This document shows positions 26,115 through 36,128 of a stretch of 64,000 nucleotides of DNA, piece by piece. The number at the start of each line of letters is the position of its first letter. Position 1 is the stretch's first letter. A program made the translations under genes and the position numbers. Origin of the DNA: a virus (lineage: Duplodnaviria > Heunggongvirae > Uroviricota > Caudoviricetes); IMG/VR virus record IMGVR_UViG_3300028840_008157, one strand, 5' to 3'. The notes under the pieces are model-generated. The model had not been told where the DNA came from. It was given only the letters and a program-made list of their open reading frames with translations, and searched no databases.

Positions 26115-26341
26115 GCCGACATCGCCTGCATTACGCTGACGGACGGCATTGATCGTTCGAGGAACGTTTCCCTGTACTTGCTGGGCATGTCGACCCACGC
26201 CGATTCAAGGGTTACGTATCCCATTCGTCCGTGGTCCCCTCCTCGCATCTGCGCCATCGACCTGTATCGATTCCTGGGTCCACGCAGGTTACTCGGACCC
26301 GCCGTCGCCCACCTGCAAAATTTGATCGGTTTCCTCATTTT

Positions 26342-26620
26342 TTACTCTTCCCATTCCGGGTCGCCCGAGAAGTAGTACCTCGGTATCCCGTACGTGAATA
26401 CCAGGTAGTCGTGCAACATCTGCCGCAGCCGGATGTTCACCGGAGAATCATCGACCAGGGGCCGCATGACCTCGAGGTAAAACGACCCGGCGCTGAACGT
26501 ACGAGCATCCGGAAGACCCGCTAAATGGTAATGCCGATCCCCCCTGAAGGCGTTGACGGACATGTATTCCGGCCAGAAGATAAAATGTATTTCCTTTCTG
26601 CCCCTTTTCTTCTTCTTCAT
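26342..26620 (-). CDS. hypothetical protein
   Basis: GGAGG SD; MKKKKRGRK start. Confidence 0.55.
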   Translation of the reverse strand: MKKKKRGRKEIHFIFWPEYMSVNAFRGDRHYHLAGLPDARTFSAGSFYLEVMRPLVDDSPVNIRLRQMLHDYLVFTYGIPRYYFSGDPEWEE

Positions 26621-26772
26621 TCCTCCCTCCACAGGAGGAGGTGGACGCCCCACTCCATGAACCCGATGCGTAACCTCAGGAACCACTTCTCGTTCCTGAA
26701 CGACATCCAGAAACGGTTCCTGGGTCGGTTGTCGACCCATACCCAGAACCTAGGACGCGGTACCCAGAACAT
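26617..26772 (-). CDS. 51-aa Trp-rich peptide (below the ORF-track cutoff)
   Basis: GGAGG SD; MFWVPRPRFWVWVDNRPRNRFWMSF...; ATGA-coupled to the next gene. Confidence 0.5.
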   Translation of the reverse strand: MFWVPRPRFWVWVDNRPRNRFWMSFRNEKWFLRLRIGFMEWGVHLLLWREE

Positions 26773-26852
26773 CGTGTCCTCCGTGAACCATTATCCTCGC
26801 TCAAACGTTAATATATACGACGGAACGTGCCTATTTCAAGGGGGGCTTCAAG

Positions 26853-28409
26853 ATGCCTACGGAACTCATCGAGGAACAACTGATCGACGAGGAGCTGGAC
26901 ATGGCCGAGGAGGACGGTTCCATTTTCGACTCCGTCGCCGGGAACCTGGGGGGAGCCCCATGGTGGATCATTTCTGGGGCGTTCCACGGGCTGTTCCTTC
27001 TCCTCATCACGCTCGTCAGCATGGCGATCATCAGGCCCACGACCAGCGACGTCATCGTGACGACGAGCCTGGAGAAGGCCAAGCCGCCCGAATACGACAA
27101 GAAGAAGCCCCGCGACGTCTTCAAGAACACCGTCGAGTCCCCGGAGGACTTGCCTCCGGTCGAGCATCCCATCGTCACCCACGAGGAGGTCGAGGTTTCC
27201 GACCACACGGAGACGGCCGACGACATGGAGAACGCGACGGCCAAGGGAGACAGCATGGATGCCATCTCCGACGTCCCGTTGGGCGGCGTAGGTTTCGTCG
27301 CGTCCATCGGGCTCGGAGGCGGAGGCGGCGGGAAATTCGGGCAACGGAGCGGAGGCGGGAAGAGGCGCCTGATCGCCAAGGGCGGCGGGTCGCGCGCCAC
27401 CGAGTCGGCCGTCGAGGCCGCGTTGCGATGGCTGGCCAAGCACCAGGAGGCCGACGGACGTTGGGATACCCAGAAGTACGGGGCGCAGCACAAGACCGAC
27501 ACGGCCGCGACGGGCTTCGCGCTCCTGGCCTTCCTCGGGGCCGGGCACACCGAGAGGGTGGGACAGTACAAGGACAACGTACGCCGAGCCGTCGCGTGGC
27601 TGAAGTCCAGGCAACAGGCCAACGGTCTGATCTTCGATCAGACGGACGCGGGCGGCCACAGGGGCGTCGGATACCCGCACGCCATCGCCGGCATGGCGAT
27701 GGCCGAGGCGGCCGGGATGGCCAACATCGCCGACACGAAGGCGGCGGCCCAAAGGGCCATCGACTACTCGACGAAGGTTCACCAGCAGGGAACGGGATAC
27801 GACAAGAGCGGTTTCCGCTACAAGGCCAAGCAGGCGGGCGACCTTTCCGTCAGCGGATGGTTCGTCATGCAGCTAAAGTCCGCCAAGGTGGCGGGATTGA
27901 ACGTGGACCACGGAAGCTTCGAGGGCGCGATCAGGTTCCTCGACAGCGTGGAACGCAAGGGGGCTGGCGGCGATAAGGGTTATGGATCCGCGTCGATCTA
28001 CTCCTACATGCCGACCAATCATCACGAGCATACGGCCCATCGCCTGACGGCCATCGGGAACCTGTGCCGCCAGTTCCTCGGCTGGAAGAAGGAGGACTTG
28101 CAGGCCAGCGTGTCTTGGTTCATGGACAAGGGCGGAGTCCCGGATGGGTGGGGCGAGGGCCAGACCGACCTATACTACTGGTACTACGGAACGCTCTGCG
28201 TGTTCCAGCAGGGCGGAGACCTCTGGAAGCGCTGGAACGAGGCGATGAAGAAGACGCTTTGCGAGTCCCAGCGAAGGGGCGGCGACGAGGACGGATCGTG
28301 GGACCCGGTCGGTTCCTATTCAAAGGAGTGGGGACGCGTCGGACAGACCGCCATCGGCGCCCTGTGCCTCGAGGTCTACTACCGGTACCTGCCCATGTAC
28401 AAAAACTGA
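26853..28409 (+). CDS. membrane-anchored prenyltransferase/squalene-oxidase-repeat (terpene cyclase-like) protein
   Basis: TM WWIISGAFHGLFLLL; ALRWLAKHQEADGRW, TGFALLAFLGAGH, DLYYWYYGT, GSWDP..GRVGQTA..LCLEVYYRY. Confidence 0.9.
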   Translation: MPTELIEEQLIDEELDMAEEDGSIFDSVAGNLGGAPWWIISGAFHGLFLLLITLVSMAIIRPTTSDVIVTTSLEKAKPPEYDKKKPRDVFKNTVESPEDLPPVEHPIVTHEEVEVSDHTETADDMENATAKGDSMDAISDVPLGGVGFVASIGLGGGGGGKFGQRSGGGKRRLIAKGGGSRATESAVEAALRWLAKHQEADGRWDTQKYGAQHKTDTAATGFALLAFLGAGHTERVGQYKDNVRRAVAWLKSRQQANGLIFDQTDAGGHRGVGYPHAIAGMAMAEAAGMANIADTKAAAQRAIDYSTKVHQQGTGYDKSGFRYKAKQAGDLSVSGWFVMQLKSAKVAGLNVDHGSFEGAIRFLDSVERKGAGGDKGYGSASIYSYMPTNHHEHTAHRLTAIGNLCRQFLGWKKEDLQASVSWFMDKGGVPDGWGEGQTDLYYWYYGTLCVFQQGGDLWKRWNEAMKKTLCESQRRGGDEDGSWDPVGSYSKEWGRVGQTAIGALCLEVYYRYLPMYKN

Positions 28410-28636
28410 CAAGTCCTCGGGCGACGGCCAGACCACCGACGCCTTCTGATGAACGAAGTCCGACATGAGGCGCTTGGCCTCGGGAGACGGGCCTGTCGTG
28501 GGAACATCAAAGGCGTACGAGGGATGGTCTATGCGCCCTACTTCCTTGGGACCTAGGGTCCATGCTCGCTCGATGATCGCGTAGGCATCGAATACCGTCA
28601 CCGAGCGAACAAACGGTTCGACGGGCAGGAACGCGT

Positions 28637-28894
28637 TCATACCCCCCACGCTTCCTTGTAGAGCAGGTCAAGGAGCTTCTCGCGGCCTTCTTCGTCTAGC
28701 GCCAATGCGTATATCGACTCGGGCCAACGAGCCTTCGCCTCCGGAAGGGCCGTTGTTATCCACACGTCCTCGTGGACGATCTTCCATCCGATCCTCAACG
28801 TCGTCGGGTCGTTCGCAATCTCTATCTTCTGCGGTTCGTATTTCCTCAGGACGTCTATGACGTCCTCGAACCTATGGGCCGTTATCACCTTCAT
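28637..28894 (-). CDS. hypothetical protein
   Basis: GGAGG SD. Confidence 0.55.
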   Translation of the reverse strand: MKVITAHRFEDVIDVLRKYEPQKIEIANDPTTLRIGWKIVHEDVWITTALPEAKARWPESIYALALDEEGREKLLDLLYKEAWGV

Positions 28895-29198
28895 TGGTCA
28901 TCCTCCATACCGTGGCGGCCATGATTTGCTGGATCATAATCCATTGGTTATGAGCCTCCGTGGACGCCCATGGATGCGTGTCCTTCAGGCCATCCTTGGC
29001 CTGCTCCAGCATCCCGACGGCCTCGCACCAGGGCCGTACCTCCGTGACGGACCACTTCTTCCCGCCTTCCTCGAACATTATCGCCGATATCGTGACGATG
29101 GCGGAGAGGCGCTCGATCGGGCCGAATGTGAGGATGTACCGCCGGGCGTCGAAGTTCGCGTGTTTCCAATGCGTCAATGCCTCGAACAAGTCCTTCAT
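28872..29198 (-). CDS. hypothetical protein
   Basis: Likely start MKDLFEAL (uncertain). Confidence 0.5.
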   Translation of the reverse strand: MKDLFEALTHWKHANFDARRYILTFGPIERLSAIVTISAIMFEEGGKKWSVTEVRPWCEAVGMLEQAKDGLKDTHPWASTEAHNQWIMIQQIMAATVWRMTNEGDNGP

Positions 29199-29216
29199 GC
29201 GGCGTATGATATGTCC

Positions 29217-29582
29217 ATGAGAACCAGAGTCAAGGGCCAACCAATGGACGAACCGGTAAGGCACATGGAGACCGACTTGGACGGCGTCCCGCTATCGTCG
29301 TGGATCATCGACGAGTCGGAGACGATCAAGCTCGGGGACGAGGAGATCGAGTTTCGCGACCCGTCCAGGATCGTGATCGAGAGCGGCGTGAGGCCGATGG
29401 AGCCCGAGACCATGGTTCGCATGGTCGCGATCCAGGAGCTCCGGAAGGCCATAGGGGACAAGAAGGGCGTATTCGCCTACCTGTTCTACCTGCGCCGGGA
29501 GGAATCCCACCCGTTCTTCGCCGTTAGGGTGGTGGAGAACGAGATGGACGTCGAGGTGCTTCCTGACGTCAAGTCGCCGTAA
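29217..29582 (+). CDS. hypothetical protein
   Basis: Acidic ORF with genome-typical codons; start uncertain. Confidence 0.55.
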   Translation: MRTRVKGQPMDEPVRHMETDLDGVPLSSWIIDESETIKLGDEEIEFRDPSRIVIESGVRPMEPETMVRMVAIQELRKAIGDKKGVFAYLFYLRREESHPFFAVRVVENEMDVEVLPDVKSP

Positions 29583-30399
29583 ATACGGCAAGCCCGTCCT
29601 TCGGGACGCGCATGGGCTTGCGGCGACCATTGAACCATGATCGCTCGTCGTACTTGCCTATCCATTCCTTCTTCCACCGATCACTACCCAACGTTTCCCA
29701 TAATTGATGCTTCGCGGGGTCGACCCTCCTCATCGACACCTCCCCGGAACGGAGTTGGTCAGCGATCTCTCTCATCGGCATCATGATCGGGGCGTTCGTG
29801 ATCGGGTTTTGGGCTCGCCAGATGACCTGCGGGTAATACTTGTTTCCCGACGGGGTTTCCCTCTTGTGGGGGACGTGCGGTGACATGGACGCCTCGTGTA
29901 CCATGAGGTCCCAGATGAGGCCCCCGTACGGCCCCTTTCCGAACGCCGACTTCAGCTCCCCAAGTCGATCCGTCGCGGGACGGTCCTCGTCCCTGAAGAG
30001 CATCACGACGGGGATTTGGTAGAGGTGTTGGATGGACAGGTAGCGCATGACGAGCCTCGCCTCGCAACCCGTGGCGTTGTACTTGCTTAGTTGTGGGAAG
30101 TCCTTGACCTCCAGGTAGGCCATCGCCAATCCCGGCGAGTTGATGATCTTCATCCGGGGGTCGTTCCCCATCAGGTCCGGGGATCGTAGGCCGGCGTAGG
30201 CCGAGAAGTCGTTGGGGTTCGGATAGTCGCCCTTGGCGTCGTCGGAGAGATAGATCGGGTCGACGTCCATCTTGAGGCCGACGTTCATCCCGGAGGCTAG
30301 TATGTCGGGAACGTAGTATTTCCTGATCAGTTCATGGTTCTTCTTGTTCCTGGCGTCGAAGTCGGAGTCGTTGTCGTATTCCGTTGGAAAGTGCTGCAT
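29569..30399 (-). CDS. hypothetical protein, possible PD-(D/E)xK nuclease
   Basis: GGAGG SD; SPDL...YLEVK spacing. Confidence 0.6.
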   Translation of the reverse strand: MQHFPTEYDNDSDFDARNKKNHELIRKYYVPDILASGMNVGLKMDVDPIYLSDDAKGDYPNPNDFSAYAGLRSPDLMGNDPRMKIINSPGLAMAYLEVKDFPQLSKYNATGCEARLVMRYLSIQHLYQIPVVMLFRDEDRPATDRLGELKSAFGKGPYGGLIWDLMVHEASMSPHVPHKRETPSGNKYYPQVIWRAQNPITNAPIMMPMREIADQLRSGEVSMRRVDPAKHQLWETLGSDRWKKEWIGKYDERSWFNGRRKPMRVPKDGLAVFTAT

Positions 30400-30470
30400 T
30401 TGTACCCCTCCTCGTGAACGTGAGCGGAATACCAAAACGAATAAGACGTCGGCAAGACACGTCTTTTTTC

Positions 30471-30692
30471 TTATCCATCACGCTCGTGATTATACGCGCT
30501 GTCCAGGCTATCTGAATGCCTGAGGAAGGGCCAGAACCAAGGTTGCGTCCTCCACGCGGCGGCGATGTGATCCTGGGCTTCAGGGGTCATTCGATCATTG
30601 AATCGGAAGGTACGCCCGTAGGCCCCGGATTCTCGATTCGTGACGTGTACGCTGAAGACGCCTAGGTACACATAAAAATATCGTCTATTCAT
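30471..30692 (-). CDS. hypothetical protein
   Basis: MNRRYFYVY start. Confidence 0.45.
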   Translation of the reverse strand: MNRRYFYVYLGVFSVHVTNRESGAYGRTFRFNDRMTPEAQDHIAAAWRTQPWFWPFLRHSDSLDSAYNHERDG

Positions 30693-31011
30693 TTTCGCGC
30701 TCGATGTCCCCGACGGCTCGGAGGACGTCATGGATGGTCATCGACCACGACTTTCTTTCTAGGCTGGCGATCACCGCGCGCTTGAACCGTTGATGAAGAT
30801 CAACGGCCCTCTCGTCGTCGCCTAGCGCGTCGGCTAGGATGGCCAAGGAGGACTGGGCTGGCCCGGAACCGCCGTAACCCCATTCGAAGCCGTCGGGGGA
30901 ATGGTTCCAAAGGTCGTTGCGAGGGTCAAGATCGCGAGTTTGCCCCTCCTCGTCGACGATGATCCTGCAACCGAATCCGTCCTTACCCCTCGTCCCTCGG
31001 TACGTTTTCAT
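30685..31011 (-). CDS. DUF6166-like protein
   Basis: NHSPDGFEWGYGGSGPAQ..LAILAD signature. Confidence 0.8.
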   Translation of the reverse strand: MKTYRGTRGKDGFGCRIIVDEEGQTRDLDPRNDLWNHSPDGFEWGYGGSGPAQSSLAILADALGDDERAVDLHQRFKRAVIASLERKSWSMTIHDVLRAVGDIERENE

Positions 31012-31255
31012 TCCTTTGGTCCTCCAGTCCTCGTGGGACAAAAACGCAGACTTCCCATCGCTCCTTGACGAAGGATTCGACGTGTTCTATCCCGTTGGTC
31101 GGCCATAGTTTTTTCATGTATTCCGACGCTTCGTGAACGGAATCCTCCGGGCACCCGAGGAATTCCCTCCTGGAGATCGAAAACCGTCCGGATCGTTCGA
31201 CCCATCCGACTAGGACTCCCGGCGGGACGTCTATGTCAGGCCCGGACTTACTCAT
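30983..31255 (-). CDS. hypothetical protein
   Basis: GAGG SD; coupled. Confidence 0.45.
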   Translation of the reverse strand: MSKSGPDIDVPPGVLVGWVERSGRFSISRREFLGCPEDSVHEASEYMKKLWPTNGIEHVESFVKERWEVCVFVPRGLEDQRNENVPRDEG

Positions 31256-31499
31256 CGTCCGCCTCGCGCTTGTACAGGTTCAACTCATCCAGTAATGAAG
31301 GCAAGCCCTCTACGAACATGCCAAACAGCATCGCCTCGCGATCCGTCATCGGTTCCATGAAATGCGCGCATAGTTCACAAACCGAGTAGATCGTCCCGTC
31401 CGGAAGACCGTCCACGCGAATGGCGCAGTCGTCGCATAGGATCTCCTCGCAAAAGCAGCAGATCCTCCTGGGCCTTGGATGGTTGCATTCGTCTTCCAC
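31248..31499 (-). CDS. Cys-rich zinc-finger protein
   Basis: CNH..CCFCEEILCDDC..CELC. Confidence 0.55.
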   Translation of the reverse strand: MEDECNHPRPRRICCFCEEILCDDCAIRVDGLPDGTIYSVCELCAHFMEPMTDREAMLFGMFVEGLPSLLDELNLYKREADDE

Positions 31500-31509
31500 G
31501 AGTCACCAT

Positions 31510-31974
31510 TCAGAATTCGTCAGTCTCGACGTCGTCTTCGGTCTGGAACTGGAGGTCGAATGGCTTGGCGATCTTGCCCCTGGCGACTACGCCGTCCGTA
31601 TCGGGGAGTATGACGCGCAGGACGAAGCGGTTTCCCTCCTTGACGGCCATGAAGCCGACGGGCATCCCCTTCAGGATTCCATTGGCCTCGTCGCCCTCCT
31701 TGAACTTGGAGCCTTCCTTGATCTTGTCGACCAGTCCGTGGAGTATGCCGCCCGCGACGTTGGGTTCCAGGGGATACACGATCTGGAAGTCGGGGTGACC
31801 CAGGAAGTTGTCGATGTTGTGGGTATGGACGTTGACGAGACCCAGACCGTCCGGCTCGGTGACGAAGTGGATGAGCCATCCGTGCTTCTCGATGATCTCC
31901 CGCTCCCTCTCCCGAAAGGCCTCCTCCCCGTCGCGGCAGCAAGCGCATTCGCATTCCTTCTCGTGGTTCTCCAT
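31510..31974 (-). CDS. DUF4262-like protein
   Basis: IIEKHGWLIHFV..HTHN..GHPDFQI..VILPD; AAGGAG SD. Confidence 0.7.
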   Translation of the reverse strand: MENHEKECECACCRDGEEAFREREREIIEKHGWLIHFVTEPDGLGLVNVHTHNIDNFLGHPDFQIVYPLEPNVAGGILHGLVDKIKEGSKFKEGDEANGILKGMPVGFMAVKEGNRFVLRVILPDTDGVVARGKIAKPFDLQFQTEDDVETDEF

Positions 31975-31984
31975 GTTCGGCTCC

Positions 31985-32335
31985 TTAACCGTTGAAGAAG
32001 ACGTCCAGCTCGAACTGGGTCATTACGCCCCCGTTGAACCCGTACTCGACCGTCGGGCTACCGTCGTTCCCGTAGCGCAACATCGCGAGGGTCGTTTCCC
32101 TCATGGCCCCCATCCACCTATGGTAAGAAGCGCCGACGTTGACGTTCCGGACGTTCCTGTACGCCGGACCGCAAAGATTTTGTATGTAGAAGAAGCGCCT
32201 TCTCAACCCCCTCAACAGCGCGAGGGTTGATTCCTGGGTAGGGCTCATCCAACTGTCCCAATTGAAATGAACGGGCCGACGAGCGTTCCTCCACGACGGT
32301 TCTCGTACATGTACATGGGGCAGCGGCTTCCTCAT
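31985..32335 (-). CDS. hypothetical protein
   Basis: GGAGG SD. Confidence 0.45.
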   Translation of the reverse strand: MRKPLPHVHVREPSWRNARRPVHFNWDSWMSPTQESTLALLRGLRRRFFYIQNLCGPAYRNVRNVNVGASYHRWMGAMRETTLAMLRYGNDGSPTVEYGFNGGVMTQFELDVFFNG

Positions 32336-32447
32336 TCTTCCTCCGTGGTCATTAAACCACGTGATCGGCGCCCGTCAAGCCAAAAGGAAGCCATCCGGGC
32401 TCCGTCGTACATAGCCGGAGAGGTCTCGTTTCTCAAGGAGCCCGGAC

Positions 32448-33689
32448 ATGCCCAGGAATCCACGCGAATTCGGATTGATACCCAAGAGGCCGGAACCGAA
32501 GCCCGTCGCTCCGGAGCCGTCGCTCCAGACGGACATCGAGGGCGTCGACGAGGACTTCCTCGCCGTCATCACGTCCCGCTTCGAGGGCATGGCCCTCGAG
32601 GACGTCGTCGAGTTCCTCAAGAATCCGGACAACGAGAAGGTCAAGGAGGATATCGAGACCGCCATAAGGGCCAGGAAGAGGCTCAGGGAGATGGGAGACC
32701 CCGAGGAAGCGGTGACCATCGTGAGCGAGGAGGAGGATCTTGACCCGTCGCTCCCGCTATCATCCCCCGCCACATCCGTTCACGACCTCGAAGAAATCCT
32801 CGCTGAAGACCCAACCAAGGAATTCGTCGAATTCGACCCCGAAAAGGCCGAGGACGTCCGGGTCGAGTCGAAAGGCGAGGAACGCGGACGAGCCGAGATG
32901 AAGCAGAAGTATCCTGGCGTCCCCAGCAAGTTCCAGCCTACGGAACGAGCGCTCGAGAGCCTCGGCTCGATGCTCAAGCAGGTCAAGACGGCCTCGGGAT
33001 GGAACACGCCGTTCATACCTGGTCGTTTTTTCGGATCCCCCGAGAATCTCGCCCGGGAGGCGATGGGCATCGTTTCCAAGATCGCATGGAAGAACATCCC
33101 GTTCGAGTACAGCCGCAAGCCCGGCAGGCAACCAAAGCCGGGTGACTTGGCAAACCGCTATTGCCCCAAGTGCAAGAAGACGACCAAGCACAAGCTCCTG
33201 GAGGGCGGCGGCGAGGAATGCGTGGAACTCCACGAGGAGCTCGAAAAGACCAAGCCCGAAAAGAAGTGGAAGGAGTCTCCTGAGGAACTCATAGAGCTCG
33301 GGAAGATGCTCTTGGGCGAGGGCGAACCCAAGAACGCGTCGTCCAAGGTCGTCGTCAAGGTATCCGGAGTCGAGGTCGCCACGGACAAGGTTCAGGCCAA
33401 GCTCCTTGACTTCAGGGACCAAATCAGGTCCCAAGGACGGGACTCGGCGGACTTCCTGAAGAGGAGAATGATCGACGGCCCGATGATGGACATCGAGAAG
33501 ATCATCGAGGAGGGAGACGTGGAGGGCATCGCCGCCCAATACTACCCGGGATGGACGACGGAGGACTTCCAGGCGTACCTAGAGGGACTTAGGAACTTGT
33601 CCGAAGAGATCGACCAGGCGCTCGCCAACCCGACGTCGGAATTCTTTACGACGGCTTCGCGCAACGTCGTCGTAAGAATGGGCTTCTAG
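32448..33689 (+). CDS. 413-aa multi-segment protein with a Zn-ribbon
   Basis: AAGGAG SD; RYCPKCKKTTKH; VKTA, KIA and VVVKVS linkers. Confidence 0.8.
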   Translation: MPRNPREFGLIPKRPEPKPVAPEPSLQTDIEGVDEDFLAVITSRFEGMALEDVVEFLKNPDNEKVKEDIETAIRARKRLREMGDPEEAVTIVSEEEDLDPSLPLSSPATSVHDLEEILAEDPTKEFVEFDPEKAEDVRVESKGEERGRAEMKQKYPGVPSKFQPTERALESLGSMLKQVKTASGWNTPFIPGRFFGSPENLAREAMGIVSKIAWKNIPFEYSRKPGRQPKPGDLANRYCPKCKKTTKHKLLEGGGEECVELHEELEKTKPEKKWKESPEELIELGKMLLGEGEPKNASSKVVVKVSGVEVATDKVQAKLLDFRDQIRSQGRDSADFLKRRMIDGPMMDIEKIIEEGDVEGIAAQYYPGWTTEDFQAYLEGLRNLSEEIDQALANPTSEFFTTASRNVVVRMGF

Positions 33690-34018
33690 TCGCCCATTAT
33701 CGACATGAGCTCCTTCTTGGGTATCTCAGGTTTGAACTGTTCGAACTCGGCGACCTTCGATGGCTCTCTCGGGGGCAACTTGACGCGCCTCATCTTGGAA
33801 GCCTTCTTGATGACGCACTTGTCGCAGATGAACGCCTGCAAGTACTCGTCCCCGTCCTCGTCGTAAACGCGGCTACCGAAGTTTCCCGCCGAGTGAAAGA
33901 CGACCCCGTCGTACGCGATGTTCCACGAGTTGACGTGGTCAAGGGGGGGAGCCGCGCTGATCTTTCCGTCGCAGACGACGCATCGGACCGTCATCATTCG
34001 GTCCGTTTTCTTCGACAT
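33686..34018 (-). CDS. zinc-finger hypothetical protein
   Basis: CVVCD...GNFGS.VYD...ICDKC. Confidence 0.65.
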   Translation of the reverse strand: MSKKTDRMMTVRCVVCDGKISAAPPLDHVNSWNIAYDGVVFHSAGNFGSRVYDEDGDEYLQAFICDKCVIKKASKMRRVKLPPREPSKVAEFEQFKPEIPKKELMSIMGD

Positions 34019-34425
34019 TTCCCGTCTCCTATCGCGGCCAATTGATGCGCCAGGAAGCACGTCTCCTCGACGACGTCCATGAACGTCCAAGCGCGATCCC
34101 TTACGAACGGCGACGAGAGTCGCCCCCACGCGGACTTCATTTCCTCAACGTCCAACGGCTGCCCGAGCGCGTCCCCGGCATGGGCGCAGTCAAACCCGAA
34201 CCACGTGCCGTCCTCCGTCGTCCGGCTGAACGTCAGTCCTCCGTGGGCGTAGACGTCCTCGGCCTCGGTGGCCTCGTCGTAGCCCATCCCATGGAGGAGA
34301 TGATTGACGGGGACCTTCGCGTACCCGCAGAACGCCATGGGCCCCTGGAGGACGGCGCATTCGATGCCCTCGTGAACCCATCGGTGGAGGATTCTGTCCT
34401 CCGGTGGCCAAGTCGCCTCTTCCAT
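33994..34425 (-). CDS. hypothetical phage protein
   Basis: CGYAKVP..HGGLTF..WFGFDCAHAGD, a motif set common in phage proteins. Confidence 0.75.
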   Translation of the reverse strand: MEEATWPPEDRILHRWVHEGIECAVLQGPMAFCGYAKVPVNHLLHGMGYDEATEAEDVYAHGGLTFSRTTEDGTWFGFDCAHAGDALGQPLDVEEMKSAWGRLSSPFVRDRAWTFMDVVEETCFLAHQLAAIGDGKCRRKRTE

Positions 34426-34441
34426 GCACGTATTATTCCCC

Positions 34442-34470
34442 TTGACGTCCACGAAATCAAGTGTTATCCT
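34442..34470 (+). promoter_or_regulatory. sigma70-like promoter
   Basis: TTGACG-17nt-TATCCT with TGn. Confidence 0.6.
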
Positions 34471-34487
34471 GAGGTCGGAGGTGAAAC

Positions 34488-34955
34488 ATGGCCAAGAAAG
34501 GACCTGACCGGGTGGCGACGGCCAAGCTGCGCCAGATGGAGAAGGACAAGGCCAAGGAGTGGAAAACCCTCGTTTCCGACCACGATGACGGGGACTACGC
34601 GGAGGTTCTAGAAATCCTGCGTTTCAAGCTGGAGAGGGTTCGCGTCCACATCGCGACCCGCAAGTTGGTCAAGGACGCTTCCAGGATATCCAAGGAGATA
34701 AGGAAGGTGACCCACCTCCTCGACAAGGTCATCGCCGACCAGTACGAGGAGAGGAGATCGCGTCGGTTCTTCGCCAGGCATCGAATCCAGAGGAAGTTGG
34801 GCGTCGATTCCAAGGGCGTACTCCGGACTGGAGTCCCGGAGGACCTGAGGGGCGAATTCATGGCGGAGATGGAGGCGGCGTTCGACGAGCGCAAGGCCGA
34901 CCTGAAGCGCGCCTTCGACATGATGGCCGACAAAATATGGACGTGGTGGGAATGA
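34488..34955 (+). CDS. hypothetical phage protein
   Basis: GGAGG SD; D.DY..LE..FKL...I.TWWE. Confidence 0.75.
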   Translation: MAKKGPDRVATAKLRQMEKDKAKEWKTLVSDHDDGDYAEVLEILRFKLERVRVHIATRKLVKDASRISKEIRKVTHLLDKVIADQYEERRSRRFFARHRIQRKLGVDSKGVLRTGVPEDLRGEFMAEMEAAFDERKADLKRAFDMMADKIWTWWE

Positions 34956-35215
34956 TCATAGACGCCGCCATGGGATGGAACGCCGATCCGACGTTCGATT
35001 ATGGTCCCGTCGTAGTGATCGGCACGCAGACGTTGCGCCTCGGTCGAGACGCGGCGAAGATTCTGGAGCGATACATCTCCGTCGCCCTGGAACGCAGGTC
35101 GACGCTGCCGTTTGAAAGGTCGGACTTGCTAGAATGGCCTAACACGTGGAGGGAGCACGACCTGCTCCTGCGAAGACTCGAACTCTACGACCCCCATTGG
35201 CGGGTGCCCCGTTAG
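34952..35215 (+). CDS. hypothetical protein
   Basis: ATGA-coupled. Confidence 0.5.
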   Translation: MIIDAAMGWNADPTFDYGPVVVIGTQTLRLGRDAAKILERYISVALERRSTLPFERSDLLEWPNTWREHDLLLRRLELYDPHWRVPR

Positions 35216-35279
35216 CACAAAAAACGGATTGACACATGACCTTCACGAGGTATCCTTTCTCGTGGAAGGAGGAAGCGTC

Positions 35280-35552
35280 ATGATCGACGTCCCGTGGTTC
35301 GAGGACGACGTCACGTTCCATGACAAATACAAGGGCGCGTTGCAAGTCGAGACGGAAGAAGACGCGGAACGATACCTTGAGGGTTGCATAGAGCATCATC
35401 TTCGCGTCGACCCGGAATCGTCCGAGGAGGAGGCCAGGGAAAAGGTCCTGTCCAGTCTCGGCTACTACGCCGGTTATTGTGGCATGGAGGCCCGCGAGAA
35501 GGTCGAGCGGCTATTCGGCGCGATACATCCGGTTCTTCGGGAGCGTCCGTAA
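35280..35552 (+). CDS. hypothetical phage protein
   Basis: AAGGAGG SD; LGYYAGY..R.KVERLFGAIHP; TTGACA-16-TATCCT promoter at 35229-35256. Confidence 0.7.
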   Translation: MIDVPWFEDDVTFHDKYKGALQVETEEDAERYLEGCIEHHLRVDPESSEEEAREKVLSSLGYYAGYCGMEAREKVERLFGAIHPVLRERP

Positions 35553-35658
35553 TAAATGGACGCCGGAGGAAATTTTGAAGGCCGGAATGGAGATGGGTAG
35601 AAGGATGAGGGATCGAAGTGGCGGAGGGTTGAACTGACGTTTGCCTGGAGGGCGAAAC

Positions 35659-36057
35659 ATGAAGACGAAAGAGGTCGAGAAGGAGCTTCGTTCGATGGGA
35701 ATCCATCCCCTGACGGAGGACGGGAAGCGGTTCTACATGTCCGGGGACTCTCGAGTGTTGATCCAGGAAAGAGACGGCGACATCCTGTTGTCAAGCGTCG
35801 TTGGACTCCTGTCCGAGGTTCTGGAACAGAACATCCCGAACGCCCTGGTCGCGTTCCTCGACGCGAACCAGCACCTACAGCCGGCTTCGCTTGGAATAAT
35901 GGTCGAGAACAACGACATGGCGGTAAAGGCGATGGTCCTCATCGACAGGGTATCCGACAGGGGATCGTTGCAGAGGTCGTTGAACGCGCTGGAGATGGCG
36001 ATCCGCGCGTCGGCGGCCATCATGTCTCAGGCGGCCTCGGAGGTCGCCCTGGCCTAG
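35659..36057 (+). CDS. YbjN/CesT (type III chaperone-like) fold protein
   Basis: GGAGG SD; LDANQHL..ASLGI pattern and size. Confidence 0.55.
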   Translation: MKTKEVEKELRSMGIHPLTEDGKRFYMSGDSRVLIQERDGDILLSSVVGLLSEVLEQNIPNALVAFLDANQHLQPASLGIMVENNDMAVKAMVLIDRVSDRGSLQRSLNALEMAIRASAAIMSQAASEVALA

Positions 36058-36128
36058 CATCGCCCGGGGGCGGTCGGCGTTGCGCGAACTGGCGTCGCGC
36101 TTTCGTCGACCGACCCCCAAAATCATGG

